Source: Lentisphaeria bacterium UBA1732 | GTDB taxonomy: Bacteria > Verrucomicrobiota > Lentisphaeria > Victivallales > UBA1829 | DNA: 64,000 bases | Direction of reading: 5' to 3' | NCBI GenBank assembly: GCA_002315855.1 | Contig: DCIG01000050.1 | Span: 24,350 to 88,349 of the forward strand | Part shown: positions 43,267-51,958 of the stretch, piece by piece | Layout: every line of letters starts with the position of its first letter | How positions within the stretch are numbered: the stretch's first letter is position 1 | Translations under genes and position numbers: made by a program | The notes under the pieces: model-generated | Database searches by the model: none | Told to the model about the DNA's origin: nothing | The model's input: only the letters and a program-made list of their open reading frames with translations

Positions 43267-43974
43267 TTATCGTCTGGCGGCGGATACCGCGCTTACGGAA
43301 GCCGCCCCATGTTCCAGCAAGATTCGGGCGGCTGCGGCAAGTGTGGTGCCGGTTGTTAAAACATCGTCTACTAATAATATGGCACGGTTTTGCCATTTTG
43401 TCAACTGAACAGGCAAAAAAGCCCCATTTAAATTCTGCATTCTTTCTTCTCTGCTCAAATGCGCCTGCTGGCGTGTGTACCGCGTTCGTTTCAGAGCACG
43501 CACCATTGGAAATCCTGTTTCCTGCGATACCATTTGACAAATCAGATGTGCTTGATTGTACCCTCTTTGCAGAAAACGGAGCCAGTGCAGCGGTACCGGT
43601 ACGATGATGTATTGTTCGTCCGGCGGAAGCACCGTCTTCAGTTTCCGTCCGAGCAGAACTCCGATGGTTCGTGCATATTCCACATGATTCCGGTATTTCA
43701 GCTTCAGAATCCCTTCGCGGGCGTCCTCTTCCATGCGGAACAGCGAATATGCGTTCTTCCACGGACGTTTCGGCTGATTCATGCACTTCGAGCAGATTGC
43801 GAAAATACCGTCCAGCGTGCCGCCGCATCCCGGACAATAAGGCTCTTGAATCCATGGCATCCCCTTGAGGCAGTCTCCGCAGAGCATTCCCGGTGTCCCG
43901 TCGAACGGCTCTCCCCCGCAGATTGGGCATCTCGCAGGATTGTAAGCGGTGGCGAGCTGAAGCAGCTGATCCAT
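43267..43974 (-). CDS. comF: ComF family protein (phosphoribosyltransferase-like)
   Basis: 235 aa. N-terminal Cys pairs CPICG...CGDC...CPGCG and PRTase motif ILLVDDVLTTGTTL. Confidence 0.8.
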   Translation of the reverse strand: MDQLLQLATAYNPARCPICGGEPFDGTPGMLCGDCLKGMPWIQEPYCPGCGGTLDGIFAICSKCMNQPKRPWKNAYSLFRMEEDAREGILKLKYRNHVEYARTIGVLLGRKLKTVLPPDEQYIIVPVPLHWLRFLQRGYNQAHLICQMVSQETGFPMVRALKRTRYTRQQAHLSREERMQNLNGAFLPVQLTKWQNRAILLVDDVLTTGTTLAAAARILLEHGAASVSAVSAARR

Positions 43975-43989
43975 GTCGCAAGCTCGTTT

Positions 43990-45132
43990 TCAGCGCAGAC
44001 GGCTGTAGGAGCCGTCCGGATTTTTGCGGACGCGGTGCAGGATTTCCAGCGCAATCATGGCGGAGACCACATCTCCTGCCGGAAGATCCGTCTTTTCGCT
44101 GATTGCATCGATGGTCAGGGACCCTTTCCGCAGAACATTCAGGATTTCCTGATCATCCGGGGAGAGCATGGTGTCTGCGGAAGCGTCTGCGATTGGCATT
44201 TCGCCGTTTCCCTCTTCTTCTGCGAATGCAAACGGACGGTCCGCTTCCATTCCCGGCAGGAAATCAAATTCCTGTAGAATTTCTTCAAATCCGCTGACCA
44301 GTGTCGCTCCTTGGCGGATCAGCTGATTGCATCCTGCCGCCGATGGATTGTCCGCTTCTCCCGGCAGGGCAAAAACATGCCGTCCCTGCTCCAGTGCATG
44401 GGCGGCTGTAATCAGCGACCCGCTGTTGACGCCTGCTTCCACCACCAGTGTCCCGCACGAAAGTCCCGAAATAATTCGGTTCCGCATGGGAAAAGTCTGT
44501 CGTGTGGGCGACATGCGGATGGGGTATTCGGTGATGATTGCTCCTCCGCCGGCAATGATGTCCCGCGCCAGATCCACGTTTTCCGCCGGGTGCAGATGGG
44601 AAAATCCCCCGCCCAGCACCGCTACGGTTTTTCCGCCGGCGTCCACGGTGGCCCGGTGTACGATGGTGTCGATTCCTACGGCAAGTCCGCTGATGGTAAC
44701 CCAGCCTGCGTATGCGGCTGATTCTGCGATATGCCGTGCCATCCGCGCGCCGTAGTTGGTGGCATTCCGGGTGCCGACCATGGCGAGAGAACGCTGTCCC
44801 AGTTCCGGCGGCAGGGTCCCGCGCACATACAGGGTAACGGGCGCATCCCGGAAATTCCGCAGCTGGGCAGGATATTTTTCATCCGCCGGGGTCAAAATGG
44901 TTACACCGCCCGATTCTGCCGTTTCCAGTTCACGCTGCAAATCCACATGTTTTTCCCAGTTCACCAGCTTGTTTGCGAGTTCCGTGCTGATGCCGTGAAT
45001 TTGTGCCAGTGTGGACGCCTCCTGTTCAAAAATCGCCGATGCCGACCCGCAGAATTCCGCCAGCATGTTGGAGCGTGCAGGTCCGATGCCGGTCAGCAGA
45101 TTCAGAATTATCCAGGCGGTATGATCAGTCAT
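43990..45132 (-). CDS. dprA: DNA processing protein DprA (Smf)
   Basis: 380 aa with GLAVGIDTIVHRATVDAGGKTVAVLGGG and a C-terminal wHTH-like tail. Overlaps the aroB stop by 4 nt. Confidence 0.9.
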   Translation of the reverse strand: MTDHTAWIILNLLTGIGPARSNMLAEFCGSASAIFEQEASTLAQIHGISTELANKLVNWEKHVDLQRELETAESGGVTILTPADEKYPAQLRNFRDAPVTLYVRGTLPPELGQRSLAMVGTRNATNYGARMARHIAESAAYAGWVTISGLAVGIDTIVHRATVDAGGKTVAVLGGGFSHLHPAENVDLARDIIAGGGAIITEYPIRMSPTRQTFPMRNRIISGLSCGTLVVEAGVNSGSLITAAHALEQGRHVFALPGEADNPSAAGCNQLIRQGATLVSGFEEILQEFDFLPGMEADRPFAFAEEEGNGEMPIADASADTMLSPDDQEILNVLRKGSLTIDAISEKTDLPAGDVVSAMIALEILHRVRKNPDGSYSRLR

Positions 45133-46238
45133 GGGAGGAAGCTCTCCCAGATTTTCAGAATTGTCTCATCCGGCACATCGTGATGCACTTCGCAGTGTCC
45201 GATGGCGTGAGGCAGGATCAGCCGGATTGTTCCGTTCCGGTTCTTCTTATCGGAGTACATGGCATGGAGCAGTTCTTCCGGTTTGCAGTCTTCAATCGCC
45301 ATGGGAAGCTCGTATTTCCGCACGATTTCTTCGATTTTTTCTTCCTCGTCCTGTGCCAGAAGACCCAGCTCCCGTGCCAGCCGTGCGGAAGCGGCGAGCC
45401 CCGTCCCCACTGCTTCGCCGTGCTCGAATCCGCAGAAATCCTGTACTTTTTCGATGGCGTGTCCGAATGTATGGCCCAGATTCAGGAGCATTCGTTCGCC
45501 CTTTTCCTGCTCGTCCCGTGATACGACTCCCGCTTTCAGCCCGCAGGACAACGCAATCAGTTCCGTCATTTCGTCCATCGGCGGATGGGTCAGGATGTCG
45601 TCTCCGGCGTTCAGGAGCTTGTCGAACAGTCCCCGGTCAAACAGAATTGCATGTTTAATCAGTTCGGCAAATCCGTTGATCAGTTCTCTCCGCGGCAGTG
45701 TTTTCAGAAACTCCGTATCCATCAGCACGGCTTTCGGCTGATAAAATGACCCGATGAGGTTCTTTCCTTCCGGCAAATCCACTCCCGTTTTTCCGCCTGC
45801 GCCTGAATCGACCATGGCCAGCAGGGATGTCGGCACCTGAATGCAGTCAATCCCTCGCATATAGATGGATGCCGCAAATGCCGCCATATCGCCCGTAACA
45901 CCGCCGCCCAGACCTGCAATCAGCGACCCCCGGTCGAGCTGATTCTGCGCGCATGTCCGGCAAATCATTGCCACGGTTTCAAAGTTTTTCGACTGTTCCC
46001 CCGCAGGAAAAACGCACAGCGCTGTTTCTTCTCCTGAAACTTCGCGGACAGCGCGTTCCACTGCCGCTGCATACAGGGGGGCCACATTGGAATCCGCCAC
46101 AATCAGCACTTTGCGTCCTGCCGCGTAGGGGCGCAACAGCTCTTTTGCGTTCCCGTCTTCCGCGAAAAGTCCGGGACTGACGTAAATCGGATAGGAACGC
46201 GTCCCAAGTTCAACCTGAACGGTTTGCATCGTCGCCAT
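45129..46238 (-). CDS. aroB: 3-dehydroquinate synthase
   Basis: 369 aa with GGGVTGDMAAFAASIYMRGIDCIQVPTSLLAMVDS and LNLGHTFGHAIE motifs. Confidence 0.92.
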   Translation of the reverse strand: MATMQTVQVELGTRSYPIYVSPGLFAEDGNAKELLRPYAAGRKVLIVADSNVAPLYAAAVERAVREVSGEETALCVFPAGEQSKNFETVAMICRTCAQNQLDRGSLIAGLGGGVTGDMAAFAASIYMRGIDCIQVPTSLLAMVDSGAGGKTGVDLPEGKNLIGSFYQPKAVLMDTEFLKTLPRRELINGFAELIKHAILFDRGLFDKLLNAGDDILTHPPMDEMTELIALSCGLKAGVVSRDEQEKGERMLLNLGHTFGHAIEKVQDFCGFEHGEAVGTGLAASARLARELGLLAQDEEEKIEEIVRKYELPMAIEDCKPEELLHAMYSDKKNRNGTIRLILPHAIGHCEVHHDVPDETILKIWESFLP

Positions 46239-46241
46239 CGT

Positions 46242-46973
46242 TTATTCCCCGGCGGACTGAACCAATGCTGCGTATGTAGTGCGTCCGTCGTACAGGGCCT
46301 TGCCTACGATTGCGCCTTCCAGATTCTTTTTGCCCAGCGACACCAGATTCTTTGCATCATCGGGGGACGTTACTCCGCCCGATGCGATAATCCATGCTTC
46401 CGGCAGAGATTCGCACAGCGTGCGCATAAACGGCAGATTCGGTCCCGACATTGCTCCGTCGGTGGCGATGTCGGTGAAAATAAAGCGTCTTATACCGTAC
46501 CCGAAAAGCAGTTTCGCCAGTTCGATTGCATCCACGGCGGATGTTTCCAGCCAGCCGCGTGTGGCGACTTTCCCGCCTCGTGCGTCAATTCCCGCGACGA
46601 TTCGGTCCGTTCCGAACTTTTTGACGAATGTTTCCGCCATTTCGGGGTGATCGCAGACCACGGTGCCGAGAATGACGCGGCTGATACCCAGATCGAATGC
46701 CCTTTGCGCGTCTTCCGGCTTGCGGATGCCGCCGCCCAGCTCGCACGGGATTTTCACCCGTTCGCAAATCCCGCGGATTGCATTGGCATTGGTTACGGAC
46801 CCGCCTTTCGCACCGTCCAGATCCACCAAATGAATCAGCGGTGCTCCTGCGGCCTCCCATGCCGCCGCCTGATCGGCGGGCGAACTGGAATAAACCGTCT
46901 TTTTATTGTAATCTCCTTGGAAAAGACGGACACACTGCCCGTCTATCAGGTCAATTGCAGGAAAAATTTTCAT
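46242..46973 (-). CDS. hisA: ProFAR isomerase (histidine biosynthesis HisA)
   Basis: 243 aa starting MKIFPAIDLIDGQCVRLFQGDY, with LHLVDLDGA and GGGIR motifs. Confidence 0.92.
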   Translation of the reverse strand: MKIFPAIDLIDGQCVRLFQGDYNKKTVYSSSPADQAAAWEAAGAPLIHLVDLDGAKGGSVTNANAIRGICERVKIPCELGGGIRKPEDAQRAFDLGISRVILGTVVCDHPEMAETFVKKFGTDRIVAGIDARGGKVATRGWLETSAVDAIELAKLLFGYGIRRFIFTDIATDGAMSGPNLPFMRTLCESLPEAWIIASGGVTSPDDAKNLVSLGKKNLEGAIVGKALYDGRTTYAALVQSAGE

Positions 46974-47034
46974 CTGTATGAAATCTCCGTGTTTGGAAAA
47001 TTAGCTTGTTGAATTGGCAAAATTGATATTCCCC

Positions 47035-47631
47035 TTATCGGGAGTAAATGGCGTCGCGGACTTCTTCGTAGACGGAACCGATGTCATCCAGAAATGCCCC
47101 GACGGTTGCTTCTTCTTCCGGCAGCAGGCAGGAATGCAGATCAGCTGCAAATACGTTCTGTTCCATAAACGTTTCCATCTCGCCGAAGTCGCGCTGGATT
47201 TCCGCCATTCGTTCCGGCGGTGCGTTTTCGATTTCTTCCAGAACTCGTTCTCTTCCATCGCCCATGAACTGTGTGCGGACATTTTGCATTTCCCGGTTCC
47301 AGCGGGCTTTTTCTTCCGGCGGGAGAGCACGGTATTCGTCCAGTGCCTTGCAGAATTCATCCCGGATTCGTTCCGGGCTGATTTCATCGCTGTGGTCGTT
47401 TCGCTCCACGACGCGCACGATTCTGTTTCGCCCGCCCGAATTTCTGCGTCCGCCGCGTCTTCTTGGACCTCCTTCATCATGATTTTCGGTCTCTTCGGTT
47501 TTGGTTTCGTCATCTTTTTCTTCAGTGGACTTGTTTTGTTCTTTGAAGAATAAAAATGCGGCAAGTGCAATCGCTGCGATGCAGGCGCATGAGGCGATGG
47601 ACATAAATGCAGATCGTATCTGATAATTCAT
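47035..47631 (-). CDS. Hypothetical membrane-anchored protein with highly charged linker
   Basis: 198 aa: one N-terminal TM helix, then an acidic tract (EEKDDETKTEETENHDE) followed by a basic R/G tract (GGPRRRGGRRNSGGRNR). No family recognised. An alternative-frame ORF, 47001..47570, overlaps it. Confidence 0.45.
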   Translation of the reverse strand: MNYQIRSAFMSIASCACIAAIALAAFLFFKEQNKSTEEKDDETKTEETENHDEGGPRRRGGRRNSGGRNRIVRVVERNDHSDEISPERIRDEFCKALDEYRALPPEEKARWNREMQNVRTQFMGDGRERVLEEIENAPPERMAEIQRDFGEMETFMEQNVFAADLHSCLLPEEEATVGAFLDDIGSVYEEVRDAIYSR

Positions 47632-47672
47632 GATTTTCTGTTCCTTCTTGATGAAATATGGGGGTTTTTCCC

Positions 47673-48773
47673 TTAATCTGACGTTTTTTTCTCGTGCTCG
47701 CAGTCAATCAGGACTGGATGAGAGGCTCTGTTCGGCGAATGCAGAATGATTTTGTGTTTGCCTTCAAATGTGATGAAGTGCATCCCGTGTCCGCCGTCTT
47801 TGGTGTAAATCGGCGTTTTGCTTTGTTCCCACGGACCTTCCAGTTTCCCCGTTTTCGAGGTGGCGATTGCCAGCTGGTATGATCCGTTGTCGAATGCGCT
47901 CCACAGCATTTTCAGCTTGCCGTCTTCGCGGTACAGATAGCAACCGTCGGTTACGTAATTGTTTTTCCCCTCGTCAGGGTGCGACCACGGTGCTTCCGAC
48001 CCGCGGAACAGCAGAATCGGTTCTCCGGTCATCTTCGACAAATCGTCGGACAGCGGTGCCGCGCACACGGTCCCGTCCGTTACCTGTACCCATTCATGAC
48101 AGAACACCATCCACGGCTTTCCCTCCGGTGTTACGTACAGTGTCCCGTCCAGACACATCCAGTCTTCCGGCGTTGCGGGACGCGGCGAAACCGGCACATA
48201 CGGACCTGCCGGATTGCCTGAGGTCGAACGGAATATCTGTGTCCCCCGGTGTGCCTCGCTTCCTGTTGTTCCGAAAAGATAATACTGTCCTTTCCACTTG
48301 TGGAGTTCGGGGGCCCAGTAATTATCGTCCATCCAGAAATCCTTGTCCGCAATGAATCCGGGGAAGGGGCCGCGCCAGTTTTCCAGGTCTTCGCTTGCGT
48401 AGGTAACGAATCCGCGCGCCCGTCGTCCGTCTTTCCATGATACGCTTCCGAAGCATGTCATGTAGTACAGTCCGTCTTCTGCGGGCAGAATGCAGATGTC
48501 GCGGATGAAAAGCGAGCCCAGCGGTGCTGTTCGCACGTTGACGTCCCCGAAAAGCTCATCCAGCCTGGCCCAGGCGGCTTTTGCTTTGACTGCTCGTTTC
48601 GCCGGGTCTTTCAGCTCCGGTTCATCCGGATACCGTGCATCATGCGAGGACAGGATTTCACCCTCTTCTCCCGGAATTTCGCTCATCGCGCAGGATGCAG
48701 ACATGAAAACGCCTGCCAGTGTCAGCAGTGCAGTACTGATGCACGGAATCGAGTAAATCTTGTTGTTCTTCAT
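47673..48773 (-). CDS. Glycoside hydrolase family 43 protein, probable lipoprotein
   Basis: 366 aa. Signal peptide ending in SASC; IRDICILPAEDGLYYMT, WAPELHKWKGQYYLF and LDGTLYV motifs, typical of GH43 five-bladed propellers. Confidence 0.8.
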   Translation of the reverse strand: MKNNKIYSIPCISTALLTLAGVFMSASCAMSEIPGEEGEILSSHDARYPDEPELKDPAKRAVKAKAAWARLDELFGDVNVRTAPLGSLFIRDICILPAEDGLYYMTCFGSVSWKDGRRARGFVTYASEDLENWRGPFPGFIADKDFWMDDNYWAPELHKWKGQYYLFGTTGSEAHRGTQIFRSTSGNPAGPYVPVSPRPATPEDWMCLDGTLYVTPEGKPWMVFCHEWVQVTDGTVCAAPLSDDLSKMTGEPILLFRGSEAPWSHPDEGKNNYVTDGCYLYREDGKLKMLWSAFDNGSYQLAIATSKTGKLEGPWEQSKTPIYTKDGGHGMHFITFEGKHKIILHSPNRASHPVLIDCEHEKKTSD

Positions 48774-48794
48774 TTCTTGTTGCCTCCTGCTGAG

Positions 48795-49547
48795 TCAGGA
48801 TAGTTTTTCGGATAAAGTTTCTTGCAGTTTCTGCCGGACTTCCGCTCTTGTGCGGATGCACCGCATCAGCATGGACAGATATTGTCCGATTACGCGGCCG
48901 GACAGTTTGCTTGTCCCGTGTTCCCGCATGGCGAATGTAATCGGGTGTTCCATCACCGGCACCGGACCTGCGAGCATGAAGAGCCACGCCAGTTCCAGCA
49001 TGATTTTGAATCCTGACGGCGACATCGCTGGTCGAACCAGCTCGAAAGCCCGTTTCTGAACTGCGAAAAATCCCGACATCGGGTCTTTCAGCGTTACGCC
49101 CAGACAAATCCTTGCCGCAATTGCCGCTGACCTGCTGCACAATGTGCGGAACAGCGACCAGCGTTCTGTGAAACCGCCCCCCGCTACATGACGCGAGCCG
49201 GTCATCATGACTGCGCCTTCCCGTTCCATGTGTTCCAGCAGCGGCATCAAATCCGCCGGACGGTGTTGTCCGTCCGCATCCATGCACACCAGAATCTCGC
49301 CGCTTGCTTCGCCGAATCCGTATGCCACGCTGGGCGACAGTCCCCGCTCTCCCCGGTTGCGCAGTACCCGTACCGGGGCTCCTGCGGCCGCCGCCGCTCG
49401 TTCTGCGGCTGCCGCTGTGCCGTCGGGCGAATGGTCATCCACAACAATGATTTCCATGCGGTCCGGTGCCAGTACGGCCAGTTCGCGAATCATTGCGGCG
49501 ATGTTTTCTGCCTCGTTGTACGTCGGCAGGATGACGGAATATTTCAT
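48795..49547 (-). CDS. Family 2 glycosyltransferase (polyprenol-phosphate mannose/glucose synthase-like)
   Basis: MKYSVILPTYNEAENI, VVDDHSPDGT and DADGQH motifs. The track start at 49694 adds 49 codons that contain CTA and TCA codons, which look rare in this genome, so I prefer ATG 49547. No clear RBS for either start. Confidence 0.8.
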   Translation of the reverse strand: MKYSVILPTYNEAENIAAMIRELAVLAPDRMEIIVVDDHSPDGTAAAAERAAAAAGAPVRVLRNRGERGLSPSVAYGFGEASGEILVCMDADGQHRPADLMPLLEHMEREGAVMMTGSRHVAGGGFTERWSLFRTLCSRSAAIAARICLGVTLKDPMSGFFAVQKRAFELVRPAMSPSGFKIMLELAWLFMLAGPVPVMEHPITFAMREHGTSKLSGRVIGQYLSMLMRCIRTRAEVRQKLQETLSEKLS

Positions 49548-49733
49548 GGTCGCTTGCTTTCGGAAATATGAGTTGAAAACTGTTGTATAGTAAAGATAGC
49601 ACAGCAAACACGGAAATACCAGTAGGAACACCAAAATATTCCGGAAAATGAGGAAAGAACGCCTCGATTCATTGGCAATCTCCTCTTCCTGCATCCCCGG
49701 TGTCTCTCAAACACATTTTTTCGCCTCCTGACT

Positions 49734-49762
49734 TGAAAGCATCCCTCCCGAATGATATATTT
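49734..49762 (+). promoter_or_regulatory. Promoter for nfo
   Basis: -35 TTGAAA 49734-49739, 17 nt, -10 TATATT 49757-49762. Confidence 0.6.
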
Positions 49763-49826
49763 TTCGTCAGATTTTATGGACCGCCCCCTGTCCTCACCCA
49801 TTTTTATCTTTCACGGGAATTTCAAT

Positions 49827-50657
49827 ATGCACATCGGATGCCACTTGTCAACCTCCGGCGGTTATGTCGCCATGGGGAATACTGCGCTGAAACTTGGCGC
49901 GGATACTTTGCAGTTTTTCACCCGCAATCCGCGGGGCGGCGATGGTCGCATTCCCTCGGACGAGGAGATTTCATCGCTCGTTCAGATCATGCGCGAACAC
50001 AGCTTCGCCCCTGCCGTGGCTCATGCTTCCTACACGCTGAATATCTGCTCCGCCACGCCTGCCACGCGCGAATTTGCCAAACGCACCATGCGCAGTGACT
50101 TGGAGCTTCTGAACCGTTTCCCCGCCGGAACGGTTGTGTATAATTTCCATCCGGGCAGTCATACCGGGCAGGGCATTGAGGAGGGTATCCGCCTCATCGT
50201 CGAGGGCTTGAATGAGGTTCTTACCGAAGAAATTCATACTCCGGTCCTGCTGGAAACCATGTCGGGCAAAGGTTCGGAAGTCGGCGGCCGTTTTGAAGAA
50301 CTCGCCGAAATCATTGCCGGAGTTCGTCTACAGGAAAAAATGGGCGTGTGTCTTGATACATGCCACATCTTTTCGGCCGGCTATGACCTCGTGAACTCCC
50401 CCGAAGATGTCCTGGCGGAATTTGACCGCATTATCGGGCTGAATCGCCTCCATGCCGTTCACCTGAATGACAGTATGACACCTTTCAGCTCGAAAAAGGA
50501 CCGCCACGAAAAACTCGGCGCAGGTTCGCTTGGCTTTGAAGCCCTTTGGAATTTCGCCCGATTGGATGCTGTCCGTGAACTCCCCCTCGTTTTGGAAACA
50601 CCCAATGAACTGGACGGTTATGCCGCTGAAATCGCGAGAATGAGAGCCGGATTATGA
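49827..50657 (+). CDS. nfo: Endonuclease IV (AP endonuclease)
   Basis: From ATG 49827: MHIGCHLSTSGGY, then HASYTLN, FHPGSH, ETMSGKGSEVG, DTCHIFSAGYD and VHLNDS motifs. The track start at 49752 lies inside the predicted -10 box. Confidence 0.9.
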   Translation: MHIGCHLSTSGGYVAMGNTALKLGADTLQFFTRNPRGGDGRIPSDEEISSLVQIMREHSFAPAVAHASYTLNICSATPATREFAKRTMRSDLELLNRFPAGTVVYNFHPGSHTGQGIEEGIRLIVEGLNEVLTEEIHTPVLLETMSGKGSEVGGRFEELAEIIAGVRLQEKMGVCLDTCHIFSAGYDLVNSPEDVLAEFDRIIGLNRLHAVHLNDSMTPFSSKKDRHEKLGAGSLGFEALWNFARLDAVRELPLVLETPNELDGYAAEIARMRAGL

Positions 50658-51571
50658 AAATTTCACGCTTGTTTGTTTCCGTTTGCTCTGTACTTGTACT
50701 GACTTTTTCGGCCTCCTGCTTCGTGACGGCGGAAAAACGCGCTCAGAATGAGGTGAAGGACTTGCTTGCTCAGGCGGAAAAAGGCGATGCCGCTTCTCAG
50801 AATGAACTTGGCTTGCATTACCTCAGTGGTGAGGGTGTCGCTGTCGATCCGTATGCCGCCGCGAAATGGTTCCAGCGCAGTGCGGAGCAAGGCACCGCGC
50901 AAGCTCAGTACAATCTTGGCTTGCTCTGTCTTCACGGCGAAGGCGTAGTCAAAAGTCTGAAAAATGCCTTCGGCTGTTTCCTCGAAGCCGCGAAACAGAA
51001 CATCCCCGATGCCCAGTTCCGGGTCGCCGTGATGCTGGAAAAAGGCATGGGTACCGACAAAGACCCCTTGGAGGCCGCTTCATGGTATCGCAAGGCCGCC
51101 GATCACGGACACCGCGAAGCTCAGTTCGTGGTCGGAATGGAAGAGGTGAAGACCCCTGAAACCCGTTCCCATGGCCTCGAACTCATCCGCTTTTCTGCGG
51201 AGCAGGGGCTTGCACGTGCCCGGCTTCAGTACGGTACGATTCTTCTCAACACAGGAAAAAGTGCCGATGCGGAAGAAGCTCTTCGCTGGATTCTGCTTGC
51301 GGCGAAACAGGGGCTCCCTGATGCTCAGCTTTCTGCCGCCATGCTTTATCTTTCCGGCGGACACGGCATTCGGAAAGACGTTTCTTCCGGTCTTGCGTGG
51401 GCGGAAAAAGCCGCCGCTCAGAATTTCCCCGAAGCCGAATATTTCCTTGGCCGTCTCTGCCTCGAAGGCAAGGACGTGGATAAGGACGAACCCAAAGGCC
51501 GTGCCTTGCTGTTGCGTGCGGAATCTCACGGCATTGCCGATGCCCGCACCCTTCTCGATGCAAAGAAATAG
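50654..51571 (+). CDS. Sel1-like repeat (SLR) protein, secreted
   Basis: 305 aa. Signal peptide, then about 7 repeats of the G.GV..D...A..W...AA.QG...AQ..LG type. Start overlaps the nfo stop (ATGA). Confidence 0.85.
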   Translation: MKISRLFVSVCSVLVLTFSASCFVTAEKRAQNEVKDLLAQAEKGDAASQNELGLHYLSGEGVAVDPYAAAKWFQRSAEQGTAQAQYNLGLLCLHGEGVVKSLKNAFGCFLEAAKQNIPDAQFRVAVMLEKGMGTDKDPLEAASWYRKAADHGHREAQFVVGMEEVKTPETRSHGLELIRFSAEQGLARARLQYGTILLNTGKSADAEEALRWILLAAKQGLPDAQLSAAMLYLSGGHGIRKDVSSGLAWAEKAAAQNFPEAEYFLGRLCLEGKDVDKDEPKGRALLLRAESHGIADARTLLDAKK

Positions 51572-51683
51572 AAACATCCTGTATTTTCCCTCCGCCAATG
51601 TAATTTTTAGACAGTCGATGAATCGACTTCTTATGTTTGCTGGAGCCATTATCCGTTCCAATCAAATGTAAGTGTTTTTTTTA

Positions 51684-51763
51684 AAAACCCCCGATTTGTA
51701 AGCGTTTTGGCACAAAAATAAATGTTTTGGCACAAAACCCCGATTTGTAAGTGTTTTGGCACA
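51684..51763. repeat. Tandem direct repeat (~50-bp unit, 1.6 copies) with an internal GTTTTGGCACA sub-repeat
   Basis: aaaacccccgatttgtaagcgttttggcacaaaaataaatgttttggcac is followed by aaaaccccgatttgtaagtgttttggcaca. A further tgtaagtgtttt lies at 51667-51678. Confidence 0.7.
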
Positions 51764-51958
51764 CCGTCTTCTCTGAGCCGGGGTATATCAGGCCGGGAGA
51801 GAGGCGGAAATGATAAAAAACGGAGTGCATCAGCCATTGCACCATTTTGCGAAGTGTCTTGTATTCCTCAATGCAAAAGGATGCGAAGGCAGGGATTCTT
51901 TCCTGATTTTGTTTTTCTTCCATGAGCTTTGCTTCCTTTGAAGCACTTTCCCTTGCAG

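Noticed and set aside
43217-43981. 254-aa alternative-frame ORF overlapping comF, and the 272-aa + strand ORF 43459-44277
   Set aside because: The comF frame carries the Cys-pair and PRTase (VDDVLTTG) motifs. The alternatives are Arg/Ala-rich with no motifs.
51664-51763. Possible CRISPR array (repeated GTTTTGGCACA-containing units)
   Set aside because: There are only about two full units, contiguous rather than separated by unique spacers of constant length. No cas genes are nearby.
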